Below are positions 17,095 through 28,325 of a stretch of 64,000 nt of DNA, in pieces (positions within the stretch are counted from its first letter, which is position 1; each line of letters begins with the position of its first letter). Under the pieces are notes generated by a model that saw only the letters and a program-made list of their open reading frames with translations, was not told the DNA's origin and searched no databases. This stretch comes from a virus. Lineage: Duplodnaviria > Caudoviricetes. Made by a program: the position numbers and the translations under genes. The stretch covers positions 161,160 to 225,159 of IMG/VR virus record IMGVR_UViG_3300013121_000033. One strand, given 5' to 3'.

Positions 17095-17176
17095 CTACCG
17101 CTCCTGTGAGGGTTCATCGGGGAGCACCACCCGGAAAGGGTTATGTTGGGTAACACGAGACGTGGTGGGGTAGGAG

Positions 17177-17458
17177 GTGCGTATGGCACCGATGAGCCAC
17201 CGGCGAACCGAACGAGGGCGGTTCCTCTACGCGGCGCGAGTCCGGAAAGCGAACACGTTGACGGACGCTGCGATCGCCGCGTGCGGCGGTGACCCCGTGT
17301 GCGCCGCTGAGGTGATCGCCGCGTGGGAGGTCGACGTCGAGTGGGCTGACCTCGCTGGGCGGGCCGGAGTGAACGCCCCGTCTCCGATCACGGTGACGAT
17401 GGTGCGGCATCGGGTCGAGGACCGCGCCCGCCGTGCCCGCTGCCAACGCCGGGGCTGA
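17177..17458 (+). CDS. Hypothetical protein
   Basis: AGGAGG RBS just upstream. Confidence 0.55.
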   Translation: MRMAPMSHRRTERGRFLYAARVRKANTLTDAAIAACGGDPVCAAEVIAAWEVDVEWADLAGRAGVNAPSPITVTMVRHRVEDRARRARCQRRG

Positions 17459-18938
17459 GCCGCCACCCCGGCCGCTCGCCGTCGTCGAACTCGAACGGGC
17501 CGTCAGCGATCCACTTCGCGGCGTCGGCGCTGTCGTCGTCGACCCACCCATCGAACCGTGACCCGCCTCGGGTGCGGACGTTCCGGATGAGCGCGTCGAC
17601 ACCTAGGGGTGCGAGCGAGTTCGAGAGGACCGCGACGGCTTCGGTCGTGAACCGTGCCGCCTTGAGCCAGGCGGGGAGCGTCGACCAGGCGGCTTCGAAG
17701 GTGGTGCGGGCCTGGTACTCGGCTTCCGTGACTGGGGCGTGAGGGCTGGCCGGGTGGAAGGTGGTGCGGCCGATGGTGAACTCGGTCGCCCAGCCTTCGA
17801 CGTTCAGGGCGGCGCCAGCGGTTCGAGCCCATTCGTACCCGGATCGGCGTGGACCTGCCCCGAAATCGGGGGGCGTCGTCGACGGCGGCCGGTGCTCGGC
17901 CGCGAGAGCGTTCCACTGGTCGAGTTCATCGGACTCTCCGACACACGACGCGAGCATGTCGCCGGTGGCGACGAGAGCTTGCACCGCTGCTTCGGCTTCG
18001 CGTCGTAGCTGGTGCGGCGACGGCCGGTTCGGTCGACAGATGATGACCTTGTACTCGCGGGGTTCCTCGGTGCCGTCCGGCCGCGTCCACGACGCCCGAT
18101 AGGTTTGCTCGACATAGTTGATGGCGGCGTCGGACTCGGCGAGCATGTCGCCGAAGATGCGTGCCATCAACGACGTGTACCAGTGGGGTGGCGACACGGA
18201 GAAGTCGATCGTCGAGCCTTCCTGGATGATGCCACCGGTGCCGAGGAGGAGGGCTTCGGTGGAGAACGGTCGGGCGACGCCTTCGCGTTGGAGGAACGCC
18301 AGGAACCCGGTGAGGATCGTGGCGGTGTCGTCGACCGGTTTCACCTCGGTGGCGTAGGCGTCGACAAGCCAGGCGCGGAGGTTGTCGTCGAGGACGCGTT
18401 GCGGGGGGAGGGGGCGCAGGTCGGTGGAGCGGACTTCGAGGGTGCCGGTTCGACGGTTGTCGACAACCCAGTCTCCGAGGCGGGCGGTGTCGCCGTTCGG
18501 GAGGACGATCACGGTGTCGGGGTCGACACCGGGGGCGGGTGCGCGGTTCTCGACGCTGGCGCCGCGTGCTTCGAGGATCGCTGCGGTGTCGTCGAACCGT
18601 TCCCCGCTGGGGTCCTCGACTTCGGTGGGGAGGTACCAGCCGTGATGGTGGACTTGCGCAGAGTTGAGGTCGATCTCGACGACGTCACCGGCGCGTGCGT
18701 CGACGATCATGGTGGCGCCGATGACGGGACCGGTGGATTGGTCGAACTGCTGGTAGTCGTCGGGGGTGCGGCCGGTGAAGTCGCGCATGGTCGCGAACAT
18801 GGAGGGGTCGAGGTAGTCGACTGACGGCCCGAGTGGTGCGACTGCGGCGGCGAGCGCCGCGGTGACGTCGTCGACGGTGCGGCCGTCAGCGGGGATGGTG
18901 ACGGTGAACGTGTAGCTGGCGTCGTCGTCCACGGTCAC
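17388..18938 (-). CDS. Hypothetical mosaic protein (~516 aa)
   Basis: GTGA overlap with upstream ORF; long open frame. Confidence 0.6.
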   Translation of the reverse strand: MTVDDDASYTFTVTIPADGRTVDDVTAALAAAVAPLGPSVDYLDPSMFATMRDFTGRTPDDYQQFDQSTGPVIGATMIVDARAGDVVEIDLNSAQVHHHGWYLPTEVEDPSGERFDDTAAILEARGASVENRAPAPGVDPDTVIVLPNGDTARLGDWVVDNRRTGTLEVRSTDLRPLPPQRVLDDNLRAWLVDAYATEVKPVDDTATILTGFLAFLQREGVARPFSTEALLLGTGGIIQEGSTIDFSVSPPHWYTSLMARIFGDMLAESDAAINYVEQTYRASWTRPDGTEEPREYKVIICRPNRPSPHQLRREAEAAVQALVATGDMLASCVGESDELDQWNALAAEHRPPSTTPPDFGAGPRRSGYEWARTAGAALNVEGWATEFTIGRTTFHPASPHAPVTEAEYQARTTFEAAWSTLPAWLKAARFTTEAVAVLSNSLAPLGVDALIRNVRTRGGSRFDGWVDDDSADAAKWIADGPFEFDDGERPGWRLSPGVGSGHGGRGPRPDAAPSSP

Positions 18939-20511
18939 TCTCCGTACAGGCAGCGGCGGGCGTCGCGGAACGCTTGGCGTGCGGTCGCCGCGTCCCGCTT
19001 CGCTGAGGTTCGTTGCCCTGGCCGCTTCACGGTCCACGTCCACCGGTTGTCGGGGTCGCCGTCGGGGTTGTAGTAGAGATGGAACTGGTCGTTGGTGGAG
19101 CGGTGGGTGCAGATGACGAGGTGGGGCTCGCGCCCTACTGCGACGTTCCAGCGGGCTCGCTTCGCGACGGGAGCGAGGACTTCGGCGGCGGCGAGGAACG
19201 GGGTGAGACGGTCGATGAGTTGGACGAGCGACGGGCACGCCGCGAGCCATTCGCGGTACGAGAAGAACGGGCTGTTGGCGTAGCCGTTGAGGGCGTCGAT
19301 GAACGCGTCGTGTTCGGCTTCGAGGTTGACTGCGGACGTCACTGGGGGTTGGCCTTTCCTGTGGAGATGTCGGGCACCTGTGCCTCCTGTTAGCGGGTGA
19401 GTGCGATCCACGCGCAGTAGCCGTTGGCTGCGACGGCTGCCGCCACGATCAGCCACGTGACGATGTCGAACGCTCGGTCGAGGAACCGGCGGCAGCGGCG
19501 AGACAGGATCGGTCGAGTACGCATGTCCACCTCGGGTCGCGGGCGATGCCGAAGCACAGGGTGGCGGCGTGGGGGTCGTTCTCTACGAGAACGACGACTT
19601 CGTTGGGGCCAAGCCCGACCCACGGGTAGGTGGGGTCGAGTTGCGGGATGATCTGGCAGCGGAGCCCTTCGCGTTCCGGCCACGGCGACCCGACGATCCG
19701 ATAGGGCCAGTCGGTCATCGGTTCGAGCGTTGCCGTGAGCGTCGGATGCGGGCCTGCCGGTTGTGGATGCGTCGCAGGTGGCTGGGGCGGGGTCCGCCGA
19801 GTAGCAGCCGGTCGGGCGCGGGGTCGAGTTTGTATGGGCCGAGCGTGACGATCGTTCCTCCCTTGCCCCACCGGCGATTCCGGCGGCGTTCGCGGCGGGC
19901 GATGTCACGGCGATGATTCCGGGCGGTCATGGTTCTCCTGTGAGATGGCGTCGACTTTGGCGTAGCACCAGGTGCGGGCTTCGATCTCGGATGCGCAGTG
20001 GTAGCTCTCGATGGGGGCGGCGCCGGAGGCAGCCCACACTTCGCAGCACCAGCCGTCGCTGTCTGGTTTCGCGATCACTCCCGGGGTGTAGTCGCCGGGG
20101 TCGTACACCCAGAACCCTGCTTGCTGGATGAATCCCCGGCTTGTCCAGTGGTCCATCCATGCGAGGAAACCCGGCCAGCACCTGTCAGCACATAGATGGA
20201 ACTTCTCGACGTGGTCGCTGCCGCCGTGGTGGGTGGGCGGGGAGAACGCGATCGCGCCGAACTCGGTCAACTCGGTGCCGCACCGGGCGCACGTCGGGCG
20301 GATCATCGGGTCGCTTCCCGGTGGTAGCGGGCGACTGTCGTGAACCTGGTGGTGATGCGCAGGTCGACGGCGTCGCCTTCCCGTTTGTTCCCCGGGGCGG
20401 TGACCATCTTGACGAGCATGTCGAACACGGTCTGTGCGAGGTGCCGGTCGCGGCTCTCGTGGAGGACCACGGTTGGGCCGTCGTCGTCGGCGATCGTGAC
20501 GAGGTACTTCC

Positions 20512-22566
20512 TCACGGCGTCTCGTCCCAGGTGCGGCCGTCCAACTCGCGGCCTGCGGCCCTCTTTCCGACGTTGGCGACCCGGACGACGTCACGGCCGT
20601 GGAACCCGTGTCCGCCGTCGGCGTTGAGCCACCGACCCGCAGGGGCCTGATCCGGCGCGTCATCGTCGAACGGGACGGGCACCCACGCGCCCCACTGCTT
20701 GAAGAAGAACGGGACGGGCTGCGGGTGACGGCCGACCTGCGTGACGTGTTGCGACGGTCGAGCGCACACCCAGCAGTCGCCGTCGCCGTCCGTGTCGTTG
20801 GGGCATGGCACGGTGGCGGCCTGGCAGCGGTCGCGGAGGTCACGTACCCAGTCGGGGTGCATGGGGCGTGCGCCGGGGCCGGACTCGCCACCGACGATGA
20901 CCTGGTCGATGCCGGTGAGGTCGAGCGATGGGAGCGGACCGAGGAGCGGTTCGCACGACAGGAAACGCACGGCGGCCGGGGTGGCGCGCAGATGGTCAGC
21001 GCGGAACGTGTACCGGTCCGACTCGATCGACGTCCCCAACCACACGTTCGGGAGCGGCCACGCGCAGGCGGCGTTCATCTGCTGGCCGATCGGGTACTCG
21101 CCGATCCGAGCTTCGACCTTCTCGCGGAACCCGGGATCGCCTACGACCTTCGCCATCCGCTGCGGCCGCTTGGTGAGCACCTGGAACGTGTGCTGCGACG
21201 CGAGCGCCATCACCGCGAACACCTCCACGACGAAGTCGACGGTCACCTGATCGTGGAACAGGTCCGACATCGAGTTCACGAAGATGCGACGCGGGCGCTT
21301 CCAGCGGAGCGGCTGATCGAGCGCGTCAGCGTGGGTCGCGACACCGAATCCGGGGCCGGACGTCCGCGGGTCGCCGTCGGTCTGGTAGCGGGCCGATCCC
21401 ATCGCCTTCAACCGCTTCGCCAACGCCAGCGCGTAGCAGTTGTGTGTTGCCAGCCCGGCAGCGATGAAGGTGCCAGTTGATGTCTGGATGTCGACTAGGT
21501 CGCGCACCCCGAGTCGGCGCACACCATCCACGGGGCTTGCCGCCTTTGGGAAGCGGCGGCCATAGAAGTCGGCGGCCTTGCGTGTCAACGCTGGCTGGAT
21601 GCACGACAGGAACCTGACCTTGTCGGTGACGTCTCCGGCCAGTCGAACGCTTCGGCCTTCGGCGCTGCGGAAGTCCTCCCGTGTCGCCTTGAACCCCAGC
21701 CGGTCGATACACCTGACGGTCACGTCGAGGAGGTCGTTGTCCTTCGACTGGTTGAACCTCAGGTTTCCTCCGCTGTAGCTGCCGTCGGTGTCGAGGAACC
21801 CGGCGAGGAACCCGGCCGCCCAGTTGGGGTCGTCGCGCTCGGGGAGGCACTGGTCGGCGATCAGCAACAAGTTGTCCATCCGCCGAGTTTCGACCTTCGC
21901 CATCGGCGCTCTGACGCCACTCTTGGGAGCGAAGCCACTGCTGCCTGGCCCTTGGTCGAACGGGCGGATCGCGATGTTGGAGCAGCCCAGAGCCACGAGC
22001 GAAGCCGCGAACCGTTCCAGCAGCGGCATGTCCGTTTCGGGGTCGGCGACCCTCATGTACGACTGTTTGGTCCCGCCTTTGCCTGACCCGTCGATTCGCA
22101 TGGTCCCGTCGCCGCCGATAACCCCGGCGACGTAACCGGCCCGGTACGCCTCGGTGTCGACGTTGGGGACCCATCCGGGCATACCGATGTCAACGATCAG
22201 GGAATCGAGGCCAAGCGAGTCCGCCGTCCGCCAGGAGGGTCGGGTGGGAGCAAGGAACCGGTGGTCGGCGCTCGCGATGATCGAGCGGTCCCCGACCGTT
22301 AGTTCTACCGCCTCCGCTCGCGTAGTCCACACATGTTCGACGGCGGCTGTCTCGTACACCCGGTTCTGGCCGACGGACGGGGCCTCCGTGAACGACACAA
22401 GAAGGTCGCCGACCTCCACCTTCCCGATCGGCTTCCACCGCATGTCGGCCATCAGAACGGGCGTCGCCGGGTCGAGGCAATTTTCGCAGCCGGGCGAGAT
22501 GCGATCGCAGCCGGTCACCGGGTTCCACGTCGCCTCGGTCCACTCGATCCCCGTCTTGTCTCCCAT
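20512..22566 (-). CDS. Phage Gp37/Gp68 family (DUF5131, radical-SAM-like) protein with intein
   Basis: [78 protein letters not shown]. Confidence 0.92.
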   Translation of the reverse strand: MGDKTGIEWTEATWNPVTGCDRISPGCENCLDPATPVLMADMRWKPIGKVEVGDLLVSFTEAPSVGQNRVYETAAVEHVWTTRAEAVELTVGDRSIIASADHRFLAPTRPSWRTADSLGLDSLIVDIGMPGWVPNVDTEAYRAGYVAGVIGGDGTMRIDGSGKGGTKQSYMRVADPETDMPLLERFAASLVALGCSNIAIRPFDQGPGSSGFAPKSGVRAPMAKVETRRMDNLLLIADQCLPERDDPNWAAGFLAGFLDTDGSYSGGNLRFNQSKDNDLLDVTVRCIDRLGFKATREDFRSAEGRSVRLAGDVTDKVRFLSCIQPALTRKAADFYGRRFPKAASPVDGVRRLGVRDLVDIQTSTGTFIAAGLATHNCYALALAKRLKAMGSARYQTDGDPRTSGPGFGVATHADALDQPLRWKRPRRIFVNSMSDLFHDQVTVDFVVEVFAVMALASQHTFQVLTKRPQRMAKVVGDPGFREKVEARIGEYPIGQQMNAACAWPLPNVWLGTSIESDRYTFRADHLRATPAAVRFLSCEPLLGPLPSLDLTGIDQVIVGGESGPGARPMHPDWVRDLRDRCQAATVPCPNDTDGDGDCWVCARPSQHVTQVGRHPQPVPFFFKQWGAWVPVPFDDDAPDQAPAGRWLNADGGHGFHGRDVVRVANVGKRAAGRELDGRTWDETP
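21439..22479 (-). mobile_element. Intein (347 aa) with LAGLIDADG homing endonuclease
   Basis: Starts [12 protein letters not shown], ends GLATHN before Cys+1; block B SADHRF; [10 protein letters not shown] and [10 protein letters not shown]. Confidence 0.92.
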
Positions 22567-22737
22567 CACACGACTCCTACGAGAGGTCTGGCGACACGGT
22601 CGGCGTCGCGGCCATCGCACAGCCGCCATTGCACGACACCAGATCGGCTCGTGTGCATCCACACGCCGTCGACCTGGACGATCCACGCGCCGCAGGCGCA
22701 TTCTTGGCCCTCGCTCCGGATTCGGGATTCGGTCTTG

Positions 22738-23127
22738 TCACCCAGGACCACTGGTCGTCCATCCGAGAGGACCGCCGGGGCTGCTTGCCCCGTACGGTTC
22801 GGTGGGGAGCGGGAAGCCGAGCACCCAACCGACTTCCTCGACGGATGCTTCGACGACGAAGTCGCCGACGTGGGCGATGGTGAGTAGGCATCGGTCCGAG
22901 TGGTACCGCGCGGCTTGGACCGCGACGACCGCGGATTGACGGCAGATCACTACCCTGCGGTATTCGTTGAGGCTGTCGCCGCTCAGCGCGACGATTCTCA
23001 GCCAGTCCGTCTCTTCCGTCTCTTCGGTCCCGACGTGGTAGAGGGGCGATACGGCGGGGCCGAGTTCACCGAGCGGCGGCTTGTCCTCGCGGGGTCCGCA
23101 GTAGAGGAGCATCGGGTCGTCGGGCAT
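22738..23127 (-). CDS. Hypothetical protein
   Basis: TGATG coupling to upstream gene. Confidence 0.5.
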   Translation of the reverse strand: MPDDPMLLYCGPREDKPPLGELGPAVSPLYHVGTEETEETDWLRIVALSGDSLNEYRRVVICRQSAVVAVQAARYHSDRCLLTIAHVGDFVVEASVEEVGWVLGFPLPTEPYGASSPGGPLGWTTSGPG

Positions 23128-23921
23128 CAGATTCCTGCCTCGGGTTCGTGGGGGCGGTGCTGGTTCGCTTTGCCCCAGTAGCGGGCCTCGTCGCCGCGGA
23201 TCATCAACAGGTGCGCCATGACGTCATCGGACGGGGTCAGGCTCCCGGCCCACGTCCCGCCGTAGTAGCCGGTCGGGTGAAGGCAGAGGACGGCGAGGAC
23301 GCGCATGTAGTTCTCGGCGCCGGTGTAGCGGGCGCGGGGCGTCATCGCGACGGTGGGGCGGAGTCGGCGGAGCAGGTAGGTGACCCGCGACCGGGGCGAC
23401 GTTTCGAGGAACGAGCCGGTGAGGTCGTACTGGTTCCACTGGCGTTCGGTGAGGAGTTCGCGGAGCGCCGCGCGGGCGGTGTGTTCCGCTTCGGGACGCC
23501 ACGCGTCCATCGCTCCGAGCGTGGTGAGCCACAGGTTGAGGCGTTCCATCGACCGGTCAGGAGAGACGGTGTCGGTCAACGCGTAGCGGCAGCCGTCGGT
23601 GTCCACGACGTACACGAACCGGTTGCGGCGGCCGTCCCACCAGTGGTTCACGACCCGTTCGGTGTCGTTCACGCCCGAGCACACGAACGAGAACGTCTCG
23701 CCGTCGTCGTCGTTATCGTCGGGGTCGGGGTCGGAGTCTGCTGCGGGCGCCCAGTGGGTGTAGTCGTAGACGTCGGCGAGCGGATGACGCGAATGAAGGA
23801 TCAGCGGGGTGTCGTCACCGAGCGGGACCGGGATGCCCTGGTAGTCGCCGCGGTACTCGGCGACCGCGGTGAGGACGTCCCGGAAGTCGGGCATGGAGAA
23901 CGAGTCGGACACGTCAGTCAC
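23127..23921 (-). CDS. Conserved phage hypothetical protein with LCLHP..DD..AHLL motif
   Basis: 264 aa; C-terminal GSFLETSPRSRVTY..LCLHPTGYY..DDVMAHLLMIRGDE..ANQH. Confidence 0.7.
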   Translation of the reverse strand: MTDVSDSFSMPDFRDVLTAVAEYRGDYQGIPVPLGDDTPLILHSRHPLADVYDYTHWAPAADSDPDPDDNDDDGETFSFVCSGVNDTERVVNHWWDGRRNRFVYVVDTDGCRYALTDTVSPDRSMERLNLWLTTLGAMDAWRPEAEHTARAALRELLTERQWNQYDLTGSFLETSPRSRVTYLLRRLRPTVAMTPRARYTGAENYMRVLAVLCLHPTGYYGGTWAGSLTPSDDVMAHLLMIRGDEARYWGKANQHRPHEPEAGI

Positions 23922-25131
23922 CCGTCGCCCCCTCTGTGGTGGCGGCGATGGCTGCGACGAGGTCGTCGAGTGTGGGGTGGCGTTCGAACACGGCGTCACC
24001 GTCGGCGCTTCGCGGCCACGCCGACACCAGCGTCGCTGCCCCACCGGGTCCACCCGGAGCGCCTTCGACCTGGATGCGGACAAGGTGCCTGTGAGCCGCG
24101 ATCACGAGCCGGGTCAACTCGTTCATGTCGTGTGAAGCGAGCGGCTTGCGCGGCATCCGCACCGACACATGCCACGGCGTGATGCGCCATCTACTCCCCG
24201 TCGACCCACCGATGTTGTACGGGGCGCCGATCGAACAGATCGCCACGACGCACCGCTCAAAGTCATCGTCGCCGAGACGCCGACCGGGAGTCTCGTAGCA
24301 GCCGTGACGGGCCACCCATTCAGCGCGCTTGTCTATCACGCGCCCTCCGTGGCGGCGGCGATGGCCGCGACAGCAGCCTCCACCGGGTCGTCGGCCTCGA
24401 CCACGCCGAACTGCGCCCCAGAGGAGAAGCACGCCTGGAATGCGGGCTTGACGTAATAGGACACGGCCAGCGCGCTGCCGTCGGCCCAGGCGTAGCGGAG
24501 CATCCCGTCTCGAATCGTCCGTCGCCATCCCTCGGGCAGCTTCCCGCTGTCCTCGATCGCGACGCCCGCGGCGGAGAGCCGGGCGTAGACCGGGTCGAAC
24601 GCGACCTGGCGGGTGAGGCGGGCGATGTCGGCGCGCAAGCGGTCCCGTTCTTCCGCAGCGTCATCCATGGCGTCGAGCCGCCAGGACATGCGGCGGGCGT
24701 CCGTTACGCACTCCTCGTAGCGGGCTGCCAGTTGCTCGATGCGGTCGGCGGCTTCACGGACCAGGAGCACATCGGAGTCGTCCTGCCAGCCCATCTGCTC
24801 GGCGAGGACCCGCAGGCGTGCGGTGATGTCGTCGTCGTCAGGCACGGCAGTCCTCGCAGAGCAACGGGTCACCAGGGCCGCCGTGGTCCTCGAACCACCA
24901 TCCGCACCCCTCACACACCTCGATGCGGCGCTTTCCGAGTTGTTCCTCGACCTCTGATTCCGGCAGGCCCGCCACCTCCGCAAGCGCGGCCGGGCTCTCG
25001 CATGTGCCCAAGGCCCGCACGGCAAGAGCATCCCAGCGTGCGGCGATGTCGTCGTCAGCCATCGGGGACCGTCCCGAACTCTGCGCCGATGACGCGAAGA
25101 TCGAGAAACACCTCGATTCCTCAGGCATCGG

Positions 25132-25440
25132 TCATCCACCTGCGGTGGCGCCGACGGCACGGGACCGGGTTCCCTGTGCGGGGAGTTCCTTCTCCGGTTG
25201 GGCCGCGGTCGGTGACGGGGTGTCGACGATGATGTACGTCTGCCGCTTCGGGTTGTACTTCTTGACGCGGCGGAGGCCGCTGTCCGTCTCGACGAAGATC
25301 GAGTATCCGGCGCGGAGCATGTCGCCGATGACCTGCTCGGCCTTGCCGCGTTCCTCCGGGGTGTCGCCCGTGAACGACAGGCGCATGTCGCCACGGCCGA
25401 TCGACAGGACGTCGATCACCCATCCGGGCTGGTCAGGCAT
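25132..25440 (-). CDS. Small protein ending in -AGG
   Basis: 102 aa alpha/beta protein; C-terminus RAVGATAGG-stop. Confidence 0.7.
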   Translation of the reverse strand: MPDQPGWVIDVLSIGRGDMRLSFTGDTPEERGKAEQVIGDMLRAGYSIFVETDSGLRRVKKYNPKRQTYIIVDTPSPTAAQPEKELPAQGTRSRAVGATAGG

Positions 25441-25816
25441 CGTTCTGCGCTGCCGCGAGGATGCGGTCGATCTCGGCGGCGATCAGGGCGCCTGCCTTGA
25501 CCAGGTTGCGGACCGGGTCGTCAGGGGACGGCTTCCACCAGTCGGGGTGCCACGGCCAGTTGTCGGACGGCCCGGCGATGAACTCGCTGACCTCCGAGGC
25601 TGTCGGGTCGCGAAGCAGGATCGCAGCGAACCGGGCGTAGTCGATGGCGGCGTCGACCAGTTCACCTTGAACGTGCTCGGCGTCGTGTTCGGAAGTCCAG
25701 CCCTCGACGGCTCGCTGTCGGAGACGTTCGTACTCGATCAGGTCTGCGCCGGTGAGGGGGATCATGTCGTCGATGTCGGGGATGTTCATGGAACCTTCCT
25801 CGTTGTCGTTGACCAT
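25433..25816 (-). CDS. Conserved phage protein (ER.RQ..EGWT.EHD..WPW..WWKP..LVKAGALI.AEI.R)
   Basis: Recognisable widespread phage motif; starts MVND after P7. Confidence 0.8.
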   Translation of the reverse strand: MVNDNEEGSMNIPDIDDMIPLTGADLIEYERLRQRAVEGWTSEHDAEHVQGELVDAAIDYARFAAILLRDPTASEVSEFIAGPSDNWPWHPDWWKPSPDDPVRNLVKAGALIAAEIDRILAAAQNDA

Positions 25817-25855
25817 AGCGTCCGACCCTACCCGGTGTGTTGACGGGGCGTCAAC
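25805..25855 (-). promoter_or_regulatory. Repeated promoter/operator cassette P7 (perfect palindrome variant)
   Basis: GTTGACG-CCC-CGTCAAC; TTGACG-18-TAGGGT-8-ATGGTCAACGAC. Confidence 0.75.
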
Positions 25856-26457
25856 GGTTCGGAGGCGATGGTGTCCCACAGTTCGTGGAACCGTTCGATC
25901 CCTACGGGGTTCCGCCAGTTCGCCGCGTGCCGGTAGTCGTCGGGGTGCTTCTGGATTGCGTAGTTCATCCAGCCGACCCCGGCGTTGAGGGCGGTCAAGT
26001 CGAACGCGAACCCTGGCAGTATCCGTGACGGCTCCCCCGTGGCGGCGGGGTCGATGACGAGGGGGCGGCGGACTCGGATGCCGTGGGCGGGACGGTCGAA
26101 CTGCGGGGCGGACATGTCGAGCAGGCGGGCGCCTTCGCTGCCGTCGGGGAGCGCGACCTTGGCGAGGACGACGAGATGGCCGCGGTAGCCGCCGTGTTGG
26201 ACCTTGTCGGTCGACTGGACACCGACAGTCCAGGTGCCCGGCTTGAGGTTGCCGTTCCGGTCGGTGGTGCCGATCTGGTGGGCGAGCCGGTTCTCGGCGA
26301 CGGCGTCCATCACGAGCACGAGCGGGTCGCTGTCCGAGAGCAGCAGGTCGGTCAGGACACGGGCCGCGTAGATGCAATGGTCGGCGCGGAGCATCGGTTC
26401 GGCGACGGACTGCCAGCGGTCGGCGAGCCTTTCGACGTGTTCAAGGTGGTAGGCCAT
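25828..26457 (-). CDS. Hypothetical protein, possible Cys-His-Asp (transglutaminase-like) triad
   Basis: DHCIYAA..GHLVV..LLDMSAPQF. Confidence 0.55.
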   Translation of the reverse strand: MAYHLEHVERLADRWQSVAEPMLRADHCIYAARVLTDLLLSDSDPLVLVMDAVAENRLAHQIGTTDRNGNLKPGTWTVGVQSTDKVQHGGYRGHLVVLAKVALPDGSEGARLLDMSAPQFDRPAHGIRVRRPLVIDPAATGEPSRILPGFAFDLTALNAGVGWMNYAIQKHPDDYRHAANWRNPVGIERFHELWDTIASEPLTPRQHTG

Positions 26458-28325
26458 CTATGTCACCGTTCTGGTGGGGGTGGGGAACTCGCGGCGGTAG
26501 TCGCGGAGCAACCGTTCGATGCGGCGGTGCAGCCACGACCACTGCTCCTCTGCGCCGTCGCCCGGGTGCGGGTCGAACACTCGGTGGCCGTCGACCCGGA
26601 CCGTTTCCATGACCTCGTGGACCATGTCGGTGAGGATCGCTGCTGAGCCGACCACCGCGAACTGTTCGGCGGTCCGACAGTTCGCGCCGACGAGCCACCC
26701 GGTCCCGAGGCAGTTGTAGCCAACGACGACTCTGCCGCGGTGGTCGCGTTGCGGGGGGATCGACGCGTCGGGGCGGACGGGGCCGTCGACATACATGATG
26801 CCGACCGCTGCGGGTGTCTCATCGGGTCGATGATGGGAACCGACCGGGATCACCCGGTAGTCGGGGGGCCACGTCACCCGGTCAGGGTCGAACGGGTACT
26901 GGTCGTCGGCCGCGGTCATGACACACCTGCGAGGCGCACGCGGGCGGCGGTGCGGACCATGTCGGTGAAGCTCGCCCGCTGGCGTGCGACCTGGTCGGGG
27001 TCGTCGCCGTAGATGTCGGCGAGGGTGGCGAGCGCCTTGACGATCGACGCTTCGACCTGGTCGACGAGGATCACCGTGATGTCGGTGGTCGGTCACGGCG
27101 ATGACGTTGCCGGTGGGGAGGCGGACGAGCCAGTCGCCGAACTCGGCGTAACCGTTGTTCGACGGGTTGCCGACTTGGTGGATGATGACCTCGACGCAGC
27201 CCCGCTTCCCGGCTCGCGGGCGGCGCATCGTGAAATCCTCACCGCGTCCCGTGTCCGGGTGGACGTCACTACCGAGGAACACGGCGACGGCATCCCACAC
27301 CTTCATGGCGTCGCCTTCGGTGAGTTGGATCGCCTCGACAGCGTGGGAGTTGCTGTAGTAGCGGATGGGGTCGGTCATGGTCAGGTCGTCCTTGGGGCTT
27401 CGGGGTGGGTGCGGCGGTCGATGACTCCGGCGACGTCAGCGGCGGCGACACGGACCAGGGTGGGGGCAGAGTCAGAAGCCCAGCAGATGATCTGGCGGGG
27501 GCTCGCGACGGCGAACACGGTGAGGTGCTGCTCCTCGAACAGGTCGTCGGAGAGCGGGTGGAAGTGGACGACTCGGTCGCCGGTGCCGACGTGGATGACG
27601 TCGTCGACGATTCCGGGGGCGGTGATCGTCGCGGTCGAGTCGCGGTCGATGACAGTCGTCATGTCGTTGCCTCCGTGATGCGGGCGCCGAGACGGCGGGC
27701 GTCCTTGAGGATCGCTCGGCCCTCGGCTCGGGTGTCGGGGTCGTCGCCCGCGGCGAACCCTTCGCCGACAGTGACGAGATGATCGTGAAGCGCTTCGGCG
27801 ACGGCGACCGGCATCGCTGCCCAGGTGACCTGGTAGCCGCGGCCGATCTTCGCCCACGTCGAGGGGACCTTGTCGAGGCCGATCTCGCGGGGCACGGACG
27901 ACACCTTGTCGTCGAGGCAGGCGTCGTAGGTCTTGCCGGACACCGTCACCTTGAGGGTCGCTGTCATGACTGGCACGCCTCCCGGACGGCGGCGTCCATA
28001 ACGGCGTACATCCACCGGTTCGCCTTCACGAACGCGTCGGCGATGACCGCCATGTGGCTGCTGGTGAGATGGTCGGTGGGGTCGGTTGCGCCGACGTCAC
28101 CGCCGTGGTCCCACTCGTAGATGATGTCGGCGCGAGAGCCGAGCGGCCGCCGAGCCGACCATGGGCCGTGCCCGTTCATGCCGTTCCGGCCGTCGAAGCG
28201 GAACACCATCGTTCGACCGTCCATGTAGTAGTCGACGATGTCACCTTGGATCGTGTTGAGCGTCGCGATCGCTTCGAGCGCAGCGTCTCGTGCCGCCTCT
28301 GCACGGGTCGGCGGGATCGTGGCGG

